From: Octopus sinensis
Lineage: Eukaryota
Reading direction: 5' to 3'
DNA length: 64,000 nt
NCBI RefSeq assembly: GCF_006345805.1
Contig: NC_043017.1
Coordinates: 30,628,001 to 30,692,000 of the forward strand
Shown piece after piece: positions 27,821 to 39,847 of this stretch. Positions within the stretch are counted from its first letter, which is position 1, and each line of letters opens with the position of its first letter. The notes below the pieces were generated by a model. The model searched no databases. It was not told the origin of the DNA and worked only from the letters and a program-made list of their open reading frames with translations. The position numbers were made by a program, and so were the translations under genes.

Positions 27821-28178
27821 CGATCAAAACAAGCCTCTTGAGGTACTACCAAATGTATCTCTTATTCCCTTATAAAAAATACAAGCTACAAAAGCTGGAT
27901 CGAATTCTCCGAGTCCACATGGCCAGTATTTCGTTACCAGCAACTGCATGCTTTTGACTAAATTACTGTTTTCATGTTCTCCCTGTGATTCCTAATCTTT
28001 ACAGGATTTTACAACTTAAGTCTCATTGTGTATTGTTGAGGTTATATATTTGGACTTCTAAACAAGCGCCTGCTTTCCTCCGCGTTTTCCCTCAGATACA
28101 TTCACAAACTCTAACACCATAACTGAAATACAATTCATCGATCTCATGAAGATCCCTCCATCCACATTTCTCTCTTCT

Positions 28179-28562
28179 TGAAGCACTCCGTCGGTTACGA
28201 CGATGAGGGTTACGGTTGATCCGAATCAACGGAACACCCTGCTCGTGAAATTAACGTGTAAGTGGCTGAGCACTCCACAGACACGTTCACCCTTAACGTA
28301 GTTCTCGGGGATATTCAGCGTGACACAGAGAGTGACAAGACCGGCCCCTTGAAATACAGGTACAACAGAAACAGGAAGTAAGAGTGAGAGACAGTTGTGG
28401 TGAAAGAGTACAGCTTGGATCACCACCATCCTCTGCCGGAGCCTCGTGGAGCTTTAGGTGTATTCGCTCAATAAACACTCACAACGCTCGGTCTGGGAAT
28501 TGAAACCGCGATCCTATGACCGCGAGTCCGCTGCCCTAACCACTAGGCCATTGCGCCTGCAC
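28179..28562 (-). mobile_element. SINE family C, full length
   Basis: TSD CTCCATCMACATTTC at 28156-28170 and 28562-28576. Confidence 0.92.
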
Positions 28563-28818
28563 TCCATCAACATTTCCCAGTGAATTGACAATGCAAGAAT
28601 CCTGGCTAGCACATAAATATCATTATTAAAGAAAGTCTGTCCCTACGTTCTTACAGGCATGTTACACGCATGTTACAAGTATCGGTGATATCAACCTCAA
28701 GTAACACCACAGCATTTTAAAGTATAAGGCTCAAACGATTGTTTAGTATGACTGGAGTAACCTCGATCAAAATTCTGCAAAAATTGGTCGATACGAGGCT
28801 AAGGAAGAAACAGCGATA

Positions 28819-29195
28819 TCTTTATATATAAAAGTGAAGTTGTGTGTCTGTCTCCTACGATTTAGATTCCTAACTACTCCCACATTTTGCGGTGCAGTGT
28901 AACCGAAAGCGGGTATCTTACAGTCGTGATTCATATCGAGCCCTTCTACGATGAGTCTACGATTTAAAAAAAAAAATTACCATAATTTTTTCCCATTTTT
29001 AATTCATTTTTTGCTATTATATAAGGGAAGTAACTCTCTAAAAATGTATTATTAAATCTCAGAACGTAAAAAGCTACAGTAACACCCCACTTTGTGGTTA
29101 GCCATATTGAGATGTCTATTATACTTTACATCTCTAAAAATATGTATATAGTTATTTCCCTTACAAACCCGAGCAACGCCGGGTGATACTGCTAG
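28819..29195 (+). mobile_element. Non-autonomous Helitron (copy 2)
   Basis: A|TCTTTATATATAAAAG ... CCCGAGCAACGCCGGG hairpin, CTAG|T; no TSD. Confidence 0.88.
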
Positions 29196-29687
29196 TTATA
29201 TATATTATCCTCTCTACCACGTCAATCATAAAGTTTGCCACTAAAAACTATACCCCTTATTCGAATTAAATTACCGATAGGCTTCACCTCTTCTATTACA
29301 AACATTACAGTTAAGTCTACAATCAACTAGACGCAATTCCATTGATATAACATAACTCAGCAAATAAAGCCAGCACCACTAAAGATATTAAGACTGCATC
29401 ATATGTGCGAGCAGCAGGACAAAACCCGATTATAACCACAATACACAATCGCCACTACGGTTGTAAGTGCTACGATTTTAACCAAGAAAATTATAAGCAT
29501 TTCAAGCAACACCACTCACACCAGCGCCAAAACAACATTTATTGCCGCCACTAATTAACGCATCTCTAGTTTACGTACTACAAGCATAACTAATATTAGT
29601 AAAGGCACAGAAAGCATAATTATTACTATAAATTCTACATATATCTTCAAAATCTTTACATCCACCATCACTGTTAGTATTACCACT

Positions 29688-29878
29688 GGGAAGTAAGAGT
29701 GAGAGAAAGTTGTGGTGAAAGAGTACAGCAGGGATCACCACCGTCCCCTGCCGGAGCCTCGTGGAGCTTTTAGGTGCTTTCGCTCAATAAACACTCACAA
29801 CGCCCGGTCTGGGAATCGAAACCGCGATCCTATGACCGCGAGTCCGCTGCCCTAACCACTGGGCCATTGCGCCTCCAC
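29688..29878 (-). mobile_element. SINE family C, 3' half missing
   Basis: Ends at the internal GGAAGTA; TSD-like AGTATTACYACT on both sides. Confidence 0.85.
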
Positions 29879-31254
29879 AGTATTACTACTAACATCCAAT
29901 GCACAAGTATAGCCATCAAAAACACCACTAATACCAGTAGAAATGTAACGACAGCCACTGTAATACTATAAATGTAACAATAACTATAAATGAAAGTAAA
30001 AACAGCCACAACAACAAAAGTGCTAACCGATTGAAATATAACCATCGTCGCTATAAGATAATTCTTACAGCATCATAAGTTCAAGCAGAAATTGCATAAC
30101 AATCAGTACACACAACCCGAACTACCCGCGATGACATTCGTATCATCACAATAACATCTTGAAATACAAGTACCTCAATATAACCATCGACACCATCGAC
30201 GCCAGCACCGCCAGAAACATAAGTACCACCATTGCAAGTACTACAACAACAACTACTACTACGACTATAAACGTTACAACTATTACCACCACTACTCCCT
30301 ACCAATGCCGTTATCATCGTTATTCCCTACAACCAACAGCTCCCCACCATTATAGCAATCAGCACCAACACTCCATCTCTCTCCTCCATCATATCGCTGC
30401 TCGTCAAAAGATAAGTGGAATATTGTTCTCTCTAGTCCTAAATGAGAAGAAATGGTCCATCAATAATTTCAATTAAACAAAACGAACTTCGATGAACATA
30501 AAATAAAAGCAAATGAAATAAAATTATACATAAAAGTTGTTCAAAAGTATTACAATAGAATAGAAAAATACAACAAAAATGGAGGAAGAAAAAAAAGAAA
30601 AAGTTATTTAAAAGAATTTTAATAAAACTAAAAAGAAATTTTATTAAGAAGAGAAGAGCGAGGCCGAAGCGAAATAGAACTTGGTTGAACAATTGATTGG
30701 CGCAAATTGAAGAAAAATATAATGACGTTAAAAAATATATATATATACCAAAAAAAAAAGTCTTACAAAATACCTAAGCAATGTAATATTAGAAGTGAGT
30801 AATGAACTTTGGTTAACTGCACACCACACACAAACACACATACACACACACACATACACACACATACGTACATATACAGAGACGCACTTATATTTGAATA
30901 TCCATGCGCAACACTTATATATACTTCACAACTTACACACATAAACCAGACACTGAAACAGACACACACAGACACGCATACACGAGAAAGACCAGTACCG
31001 AAGCACAAATTCGAATACATAAACGTATTCTTATAATTAATGTAATAAAGAATTCTATCGACCGTAACCCATATATTATTGCAGTGAGGGTTGTATGTGA
31101 AGGCCTTACTGACTGCGCACGTTCATAAGTTCAAATCTCGTTAATTACTGCCATTGTGCAGTTTGCTCTTCCCAAAGATATATTACAATACTTTACAAAG
31201 AGAAGAAAAAGGAATACCCTGCATAATACACCAGTGAGAGTATGAATTCCTTTC

Positions 31255-31260
31255 TTATAC

Positions 31261-31327
<67 letters not shown>

Positions 31328-31601
31328 GTATATATATATATGTATATACATATATATATATATATATTATATATATATATATGTATATACATATATAAAT
31401 ATATATATACATATATAAAAAAATATATATACACATATATATATGTATGTATATATACATATATACATATATATATGTACATATGTATATGTATATGTAT
31501 ATACATATATACATATATATATGTACATATGTATATGTATATGTATATACATATATGTATATATAAATATATACATATATATGTATATATATATATACAT
31601 A

Positions 31602-31670
<69 letters not shown>

Positions 31671-31680
31671 ATATAAACAT
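31255..31680. repeat. (TA)n-rich microsatellite field
   Basis: Direct reading. Confidence 0.95.
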
Positions 31681-31987
31681 ACATTACAATAGGACAGAGT
31701 GGTGCGTATTGAATTTTTGACTCGTTTTTCGAAAATTCTATCATATTGAACACATTGTCGATTATCTAGAAAAACTTATTATTAGTAAAAACATCATACA
31801 TACTGGGGAAGACTGCAATGGTAGCTCTGTTATTGCAAGATTTATTTGAATGTAATATACACTGTACATTTGCCGCACTGTCAAGAATTTGTAAAAGCTA
31901 AAAGAATTGAATTTTACTCTTCTCATAAAGTCACTTCTGCTTCCTATGATATGAAATCTGAAAATAACAATATCCAATAACAACAAC

Positions 31988-32055
<68 letters not shown>

Positions 32056-32067
32056 TAATAATAATAA

Positions 32068-32407
32068 GTAGTGGGGGAGCATCATAGCCATGTGTTGAGA
32101 GGGATTCTTTGGGGTTTGAATATTTCACATCTGGAAACATGGGTGGTTCTTTCAACATCCTTAAACAACCCTTATTCGGGGACCTTTTGAGCGGGATGGA
32201 CTACTCAACCTGAAGAAATTTTTAACTGGACCCCACCTGCAAGGTCATGCGCTGTTTATCTTGATATGAGATCACCATGTCGCGCACATATGTTTGTGAT
32301 GTATGTGCCTGGTGTACCCTTATCAGACGGGTAGTCATGATGGCTATTTTGGGCTTCGTATATTTTACCCCAGTGTCACTTTGATGGCATGAACTGCTCT
32401 CTCACTC
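32068..32407 (+). mobile_element. TAA-associated element family D, probably the 3' end of a fourth R4/Dong-like LINE
   Basis: (TAA)n on both sides; first codons ..SHVLRGIL resemble the AHILRKIL terminus of families A/B; second copy at 6822-6988. Confidence 0.6.
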
Positions 32408-32438
<31 letters not shown>

Positions 32439-32464
32439 TAATAATAATATAATAATAATAATAA

Positions 32465-32495
<31 letters not shown>

Positions 32496-32571
32496 AAGAA
32501 GAAGAAGAAGAAGAAGAAGAAGAAGAAGAAGAAGAAGAAGAAGAAAAGAAGAAGAAGAAGAAAAAGAATCC

Positions 32572-33016
32572 TTTCTACTATAGGCACCAGGCCTGAAGTT
32601 TTGATGGGTGGGGCTAAATCGATTTCATCGACTCCAATGTTCAACTGGTACTTAGTTTATCGATCCTGAATGGATGAGACGCAAGTCGACCTCGGCGGAA
32701 ATTGAACTCTAAACGTAAGGATAGCCGAAATGGCGCAAAACATTTTGACCGGCGTGATATCGATTATGTTTGTTCACCGTCTTGTAATATCTAATAAAAG
32801 TATCAAACCATCCTACTATAGACACAAGGCTTCATATTTTGAGGGTGGGGCTAGTTGATTGCACCAACCCCAGGGGTCAATTTGTACTTATTTTATCGAC
32901 CCCGAAAGGATGGAAGACAAAGTCGTTCTGGTGGAATTGGAACTCAGAATGTAAGGACGGACGAAATGCCGCAGAGCATTTTGCCCGGCGTACTAGGTTC
33001 TGTCAGCTCGCCTCCT
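32572..33016 (-). mobile_element. Two degenerate SINE family A copies (32572-32781; 32812-33016)
   Basis: Meta-like core and alternative tail on the minus strand. Confidence 0.75.
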
Positions 33017-33176
33017 TGCTGCTGATATTGCTGCAAAAATTGGTGTCGAATTTTATAACATAAATATTCTAACGACGTGTATGTTAACATTTGACTATTG
33101 CACCAAGTCTCACTTACAGAATCTTGCAACATGATTTTTCCAGGATGGTGCTGTAGCTACGTACTCAGATATTCTG

Positions 33177-33560
33177 GGAAGTACTCCGTCGATTCCGACG
33201 TCGAGGGTTCCGGTTGATCCGAATCAACGGAACAGCCTGCTCGTGAAATTAACGTGTAAGTGGCTGAGCACTCCACAAACACGTGTACCCTTAACGTAGT
33301 TCTCGGGGATATTCAGCGTGACACAGAGAGTGACAAGGCCGGCCCTTTGAAATACAGGTACAAAAGAAACAGGAAGTAAGAGTGAGAGAAAGTTGTGGTG
33401 AAAGAGTACAGCAGGGATCACCACCATCCCTGCCGGGGTCTCGTGGAGCTTTTAGGTGTTTTTGCTCAATAAACACTCACAACGCCCGGTCTGGGAATCG
33501 AAACCGCGATCCTATGACCGCGAGTCCGCTGCCCTAACTACTGGGCCATTGCGCCTCCAC
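33177..33560 (-). mobile_element. SINE family C, full length
   Basis: TSD ACTCARATATTCT. Confidence 0.92.
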
Positions 33561-34055
33561 TCAAATATTCTAGACTACATGAAAAGAAGAGTTATCAAAT
33601 GTGTGGCGCATGAAATCTCTCAAAAATATACACACCATATTCCGAGCTACAATTTTGCTATCTCCCCAAATCCCTCTCGTGTTCACTTTTAGTAATTTCG
33701 TGTCACTCTCACTCATTCAAATACAGTCCTTTCGTCACCCATGTTTTGTCCTTTGCGAGGCCTCACCGTAACCGCTACTGCAAATCCTTTATCTTGCAAG
33801 CTTGAAACTGCATTTCCCACTCTGCAGATATTGATTTGAAACTAGTCGTGAGAAACATTAGCCACACCGTTGCCACCAGTCATTAAGAGCCTCGAGAATA
33901 TTATAAACGGAGCATTTTTCTTTCATGTTTGTCACAAAAATTAACAAAGAAATAGGAAAGCGTTCCAGCAATATTACTAGCTGTTCCAGGAATATCAGAG
34001 CTATGCCTTCAAGGTAAAACACAGTTGCCTTAAAATTACACGATATATGACTTGG

Positions 34056-34557
34056 GAGCAGGCGCAGGGTCTGGAAGAGTAGAGCCCATCAGACTCGCTA
34101 CCAAATGCAGATTGGTGAATGCAATTGCCTTCGCAATAGCAACATATGGATGCAAGACCTGGACACTAAAGAAACCTGACCAGAAGAGAATTAATGCATT
34201 CGAGCTTTGGTGTTGGAGAAGACTTTTACGGATTCCATGAACAGCGAGGCTCAACAATGGAGAAGTTCTTAAGCAGATCAGGCTGAAAATGTCGCTAGAA
34301 GATAGGATCACGAAGCATAGATTGGCATATTTTGGGCATATTATGCGGAGAAAATCCCTGGAGCAGGACATCATGCTCAGAATGGTCAGTGGCAAGAGAG
34401 GAAGAGGCCGACCAAGAACCCGCCGGCTTGGCACCTTTGGGAGGGATACCGGAATGGACTTAGTGAATCTGAACAAGGCGGCCAAGGGTGGGGCTGCCTG
34501 GAGGACACTGATCCAACGAGTGACCGAGAGTCGACTTCGACTGAGCGGATAGAGAGA
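34056..34557 (+). mobile_element. RTE (BovB-like) LINE 3' end, about 500 bp
   Basis: KCRLVNAIAFAIATYGCKTWTLKK..RINAFELWCWRRLLRIP* ..YFGHIMRRKSLEQDIML; 14-bp TSD GATATATGACTTGG at 34042-34055 and 34558-34571. Confidence 0.92.
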
Positions 34558-35239
34558 GATATATGACTTGGAACGAGTATTAGGACGTGTCCTTGCTAAA
34601 GATGTGATTGCCATTATTGCATTGTCTTTGGGGAGAATTGAGCTCGTTCATTGTTGACCTGGGGTTAAACGGCAACAGCAGCAGTAACCTTGTTCGAACA
34701 AAAAGCCTCTTATCACATGCGCGTAGGAAAAAAAATACACTGACGAACCAAACATAAATATATTTTGAAACCTATAAATATTTAACGATTAAAATTGATT
34801 GATTAAATAATTAAATGATGTATCATTTTTTTCCCACCCAGGAAATATTTTACTAAAATATTTTATAACAGATATCTTTTTTTTTTCTTCTTTTGTTTGT
34901 TTTTACAAATAATTTAATGTCACATTAAGTAAGCAATTGATCATCGGAAATGTTATAATATATTTCATTAATGTCAATATTAATGCGATTGATATTCTAA
35001 TTACAATTATCAATATTATTAATGATAATGGGTGGTAGTGAGATGATAACGTAGATTATCACTCGTTATGCATTCTGTTAAATCATATTCTCATTTCAAA
35101 TCCTGTTCAACTTATTTATTCAAGGCACGATAGGTATGCCTCTCTCACTCTCACTTTTACTCACTCTCTCTCTCTTACTCTCTCTTTCGCCCTTTCTCTG
35201 TCTCACTCACGATTTCTCTCTCTATCTCACTCGCTGTTA

Positions 35240-35286
35240 TCTATCTGTCTGTCTGTCTATCTGTCTTCTGTTTGTCTGTATCTCTG

Positions 35287-35347
<61 letters not shown>

Positions 35348-35445
35348 ATATCTATCTATATATAATATATATATATATGCACATTAATAGATAGATAGAT
35401 AGATAGATGGATAGAGAGATAGACAGATAGACCGATAGATAGATG

Positions 35446-35484
<39 letters not shown>

Positions 35485-35598
35485 GGATTGATAGATAGAT
35501 AGATATATAGATAGATAGGCTAGATAGATATATAGATAGATAGGCTATAGATAGATAGGCTATAGATAGATAGATTTAAATAGATAGATATATCGATT

Positions 35599-35675
<77 letters not shown>

Positions 35676-35679
35676 TATA

Positions 35680-35739
<60 letters not shown>

Positions 35740-35755
35740 TATATATATTTATATA
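35240..35755. repeat. (TCTA)n facing (TAGA)n plus (TA)n microsatellites
   Basis: Direct reading. Confidence 0.95.
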
Positions 35756-36571
35756 TATCCGTAATAATGAAGGGTGAAATTAATTAATTTGGAATAATTA
35801 TCAATTACACCAAGTAGTCTTCGGCATGTAAAAGCCTCATTCGAGGAAAATTTAAGTAATACTAAGCAATAAAGGGTTTAGCAACGAATTGCCTTACCAC
35901 AGACCGAATTTAGAAATAGCAGTCAAAGAGTTATAGCTATTTCTTCTACTAAAAAGGGAGATCTCTTTATTGCTTAGTATTACTTAAATTTTCCTCGAAT
36001 GAGGCTTTTACATGCCGAAGACTACTTGGTGTAATTGATAATTATTCCAAATTAATTAATTTCACCCTTCATTATTACGGATAACCGTATTTTATCTCAG
36101 TAGATGACCACAGCATCTTGTTTTGGCTACACGCGGGTGGGAAGGGGCTGGTGACACAATCTTTTCATTCACACTTTGAATTTGGTGATACTAGTTGCGG
36201 ATTCTAGCTCGCTCTGATACTGAGTTGAGTTGGTGCCTTCTAGTATCTCAAAATTCAATATATAATCATTTATGATTATAGTATTCTACGCTGAAGAGAA
36301 AAGAAGTTTGGGTAAGGTAGAATTATTTAATATTTAATTCTTATGCTTTCCTAAAAACTTGATTTCGAAACGTGCGTCCGTAGATAACTTAAAATTGTAT
36401 GATAGATTGCCGTCAATTCATTCTCTATACCTGTTTGTGTCTGCCTTCCAATTGCTGTGTTTTTACTGAGATCTCCCTTTTTAGTAGAAGAAATAGCTAT
36501 AACTCTTTGACTGCTATTTCTAAATTCGGTCTGTGGTAAGGCAATTCGTTGCTAAACCCTTTATTGCTTAG

Positions 36572-36574
<3 letters not shown>
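35756..36574 (+). mobile_element. Hammerhead-bearing non-coding retroelement (PLE pLTR / retrozyme-like): 594-bp unit plus inverted junction-spanning copy
   Basis: 16-bp terminal direct repeat CTTTATTGCTTAGTAT (35965 and 36559); 35756-35965 is the reverse complement of 36468-36574 joined to 35981-36083; embedded in (TA)n. Confidence 0.8.
36285..36384 (+). ncRNA. Type I hammerhead ribozyme, intact core
   Basis: Stem I TCTACG/CGTAGA; core CTGAAGA (36291-36297); long stem II (GAAA/TTTC, AAGTTT/AAACTT, AGAATTA/TAATTCT); GAAA-C-GTGC-G-TC; predicted cleavage after GUC at 36378. Confidence 0.8.
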
Positions 36575-36632
<58 letters not shown>

Positions 36633-36641
36633 TATATATAT

Positions 36642-36705
<64 letters not shown>

Positions 36706-37121
36706 TATGTATGCATAATTAATCGAAGCCTCTATAGCCTGAGTACACCACTTGAAAAATCCCAGAAAAACAATAATCCATTCTGTTTACATACACTAAA
36801 TCCTAATAGAGCCACAGAATTAGTATACTATAAGAGGCTAATTGTTGACTCTAATAACATTTGCTTCTCAACATGTTACCTAGTCCATATCATATCAATA
36901 TATGATGAAGTATTTGTAGAATTTTGTAGTAGACGTATGTTTATACTAAAAGTGCCTCATTTCCTGCATATTGAAAATATGATGAAAAGATTTAATCGAT
37001 TTTCGATGCGGGGGGGAGGGTCTCATCAGAGGTACCAATATAATTTCACTTATCCCCGAGAAACAATTAACTAATCCATTTATATACACAACAAGCCTGC
37101 TAGCTTCAATGATATAACATA

Positions 37122-37914
37122 GGCGGCGAGCTGGCAGAAACGTTAGCACGCCGGGCGAAATGCGTTGCCGTATTTCGTCTCCCGTTACGTTCCGAGTTCA
37201 AATTCCTCCGAGGTCGACTTTGCCTTTCATCCTTCCGGGGTCGATAAATTAAGTACCAGTTACGCACTGTGGTCGATGTAATCGACTTAATCCGTTTGTC
37301 TGTCCTTGTTTGTCTCCTCTGTGTTTAGCCCCATGTGGGTGTAAAGAAGTAAAGAAATAGGTTATTTCGTCTCCCGTTACGTTCGAGTTCAAATTCCACC
37401 GAGGTCGACTTTGCCTTTCATCCTTTCGGAAGCGATAAATTAAGTGCCAGTTATCCGACACTGGGGTCGATGTAATCGACCCCTTAATCCGTGTCTCCTC
37501 GTTTTGTCTCCTCTTGTGTTTAGCCCCATGTGGGTAGTAAAGAATAGGTCTTCGTCTCCCGTACGTTCCGAGTTCAAATTCCACCGAGGTCGACTTTGCC
37601 TTTCATCCTTTCGGAAGCGATAAATTAAGTACCAGTTACGCACTGGGGTCGATGTAATCGACTTAATCCGTTTGTCTGTCCTTGTTTGTCTCCTCTGTGT
37701 TTAGCCCCATGTGGGTAGTAAAGAAATAGGTATTTCGTCTCCCGTTACGTTCCGAGTTCAAATTCCACCGAGGTCGACTTTGCCTTTCATCCTTTCGGAA
37801 GCGATAAATTAAGTACCAGTTACGCACTGGGGTCGATGTAATCGACTTAATCCGTTTGTCTGTCCTTGTTTGTCTCCTCTGTGTTTAGCCCCCTGTGAGT
37901 AGTAAAGTAACAGG
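37122..37914 (+). mobile_element. SINE family A tetramer (one head + four about 185-bp bodies)
   Basis: Units start at about 37171, 37362, 37550 and 37731; single TSD TATAACATAG at 37113-37122 and 37915-37924. Confidence 0.9.
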
Positions 37915-38265
37915 TATAACATAGTGAAACAAAAGTAAATCGTTCTCGCAGTGAAGAGAAATTTAGTTCGAGAATTTGTCATGAAATGTATATAACAGCA
38001 TGGGAAAGTTACAACAATAAATGAATGTAAATAGCACCGTTGAGTATTGAGCATTATTGAAGAAAGCGAGACAAAAAAATGTATATTTATATAACGGAAA
38101 AAAGGCGCAAAATAGATGTATGTTAGTAGAGCAGATTTGGTATTGAGCACTATTGAAAAAACAACGATAACTTTCTGAGAAAAAAAGCTGCATATATGTA
38201 GTTATGTGATGCAGTAGTGTATTTAGTTAACTGTATTTATTAGCGATAGAGGCAGTATTAATACC

Positions 38266-38679
38266 TATTTGTTTATTACCCACAAGGGGCTAAACACAGA
38301 GAGGACAAACAAGGACAGACACGGATTAAGTCGATTATATCGACCCAAGTGCGTAACTGGTACTTAATTTATCGACCACGAAAGGATGAAAGGCAAAGTC
38401 GACCTCGGTGGAATTTGCACTCAGAACGTAGCAGCAGACGAAATACCTATTTCTTTACTACCCACAAGGGGCTAAACACAGAGGAGACGAACAAGGACAG
38501 ACAAACGGATTAAGTCGATTACATCGACCCCAGTGCGTAACTGGTACTTAATTTATCGCCTCCGAAAGGGTGAAAGGCAAAGTCACCCTCGGCGGAATTT
38601 GCACTCAGAACGTAGCAGCAAACGAAATGCCGGGAAGCTTTCGCCTGGCGCGCTAACGTATCTACCCAGCTCGCCGCCT
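38266..38679 (-). mobile_element. SINE family A dimer
   Basis: Head + two bodies with the same junction as the tetramer; TSD TATTAATACC at 38256-38265 and 38680-38689. Confidence 0.9.
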
Positions 38680-38690
38680 TATTAATACCG

Positions 38691-39046
38691 AGAGCTCAGA
38701 TTTATCCCCAGTTAATCGTGGATCTTCTATAAGAACCAACTATACTGCGGTAGATACCATGAGAGAAGCTCTCACATTTGCTTTTGGTGCAAAATGCACG
38801 CTTGTTTATATCGCCAGCGAGGAAATAAATCTCCCACCACTTCCAACACCGATACAACGCCTTTCGTCCAATGATGGATGATTCAGCGCTGGAGGTGGTG
38901 GTGATTGAGGTGGATGTGCCTAGCCATATAGATAAGAGTGCGTTTTATACCACAAGCCAGTATGAGAGTTTCTTTCATGGTAATTACCACAGTATCATTT
39001 GTTCTAGCAGAACATCCACGTTTAAATGGGGATAAATATGACCTCT
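38691..39046. mobile_element. MITE with about 84-bp imperfect terminal inverted repeats
   Basis: AGAGCTCAGATTTATCCCCAGTTAATCGTGGAT..CTCTCA is mirrored by TGAGAG..ATCCACGTTTAAATGGGGATAAATATGACCTCT. Confidence 0.75.
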
Positions 39047-39076
39047 TAGTTAAATGCATTTAGCTGTATGTATTTA

Positions 39077-39643
39077 TTTGGTTGTCCAGAATGTCCGTGC
39101 CTATTTATAGTAGCTTACATTTCGACTTATTTTAGAACATGGTTGAGTCCATAAAATAGGATTTGACTATACCTCCATTTAAAGCACTGTTTACGCTAAC
39201 TTTTCGAGGAAGAAGGTTTATGTTCCTATAACCTGTGTTAATTCCGTAACACTTTAAAATGGAAGATAAGAAAGTTCAATTTCGTCATTTGATGCTTTGG
39301 GAACCAGGCAAAAATTGCTGCATCTCGGCTTGGATGTGTTACCCCACCCTCCATATTCACCAGATATTGCTCCTTCGGATTTCCACTTATTCAGGTCTCT
39401 GCAGAATAGTCTTAATGGTAAAAAATTTCAATTCCTTTGATGTCGTAAAAAGATACCTTGATGAATTCTTTGCCATGAACCCACCTCAAATCTTGGAAGA
39501 GGGTATTTTCAAGTTAAAGGAAAGACGGAGACGCATTGTGCAACAAAATAGTTCATATTTGGTTGATTAAACATGTAACGGCAGATATTTATTGACCTTT
39601 TTCTTTCCTTCAAAAATCGGCACGAACTTTCCGGACAACCCAA
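39077..39643 (+). mobile_element. Internally deleted mariner transposon (mellifera-subfamily-like)
   Basis: About 30-bp TIRs TTKGGTTGTCC.GAA.GT.CGTGCC.ATTT with TA flanks; MEDKKVQFRHLML joined to LLHLGLDVLPHPPYSPDIAPSDFHLFRSLQNSLNGK..GIFKLKER..IVQQNSSY. Confidence 0.92.
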
Positions 39644-39847
39644 TATTTCGTAGTTATATAACAGCTAAAGTGATTATAAAGACGGTAGTGAAACAAGCTA
39701 GTGTTCATTGCTTATATGATAGCTGCACCATAACCTTGACTACTCGACAACACACGAGTCAAATAGAAATAATAATGGGTTTTCTAAATATAATAATAAA
39801 ACGAAGATTGTTTATATTTTAACACTACAAAAATATAGACCTAGCTT

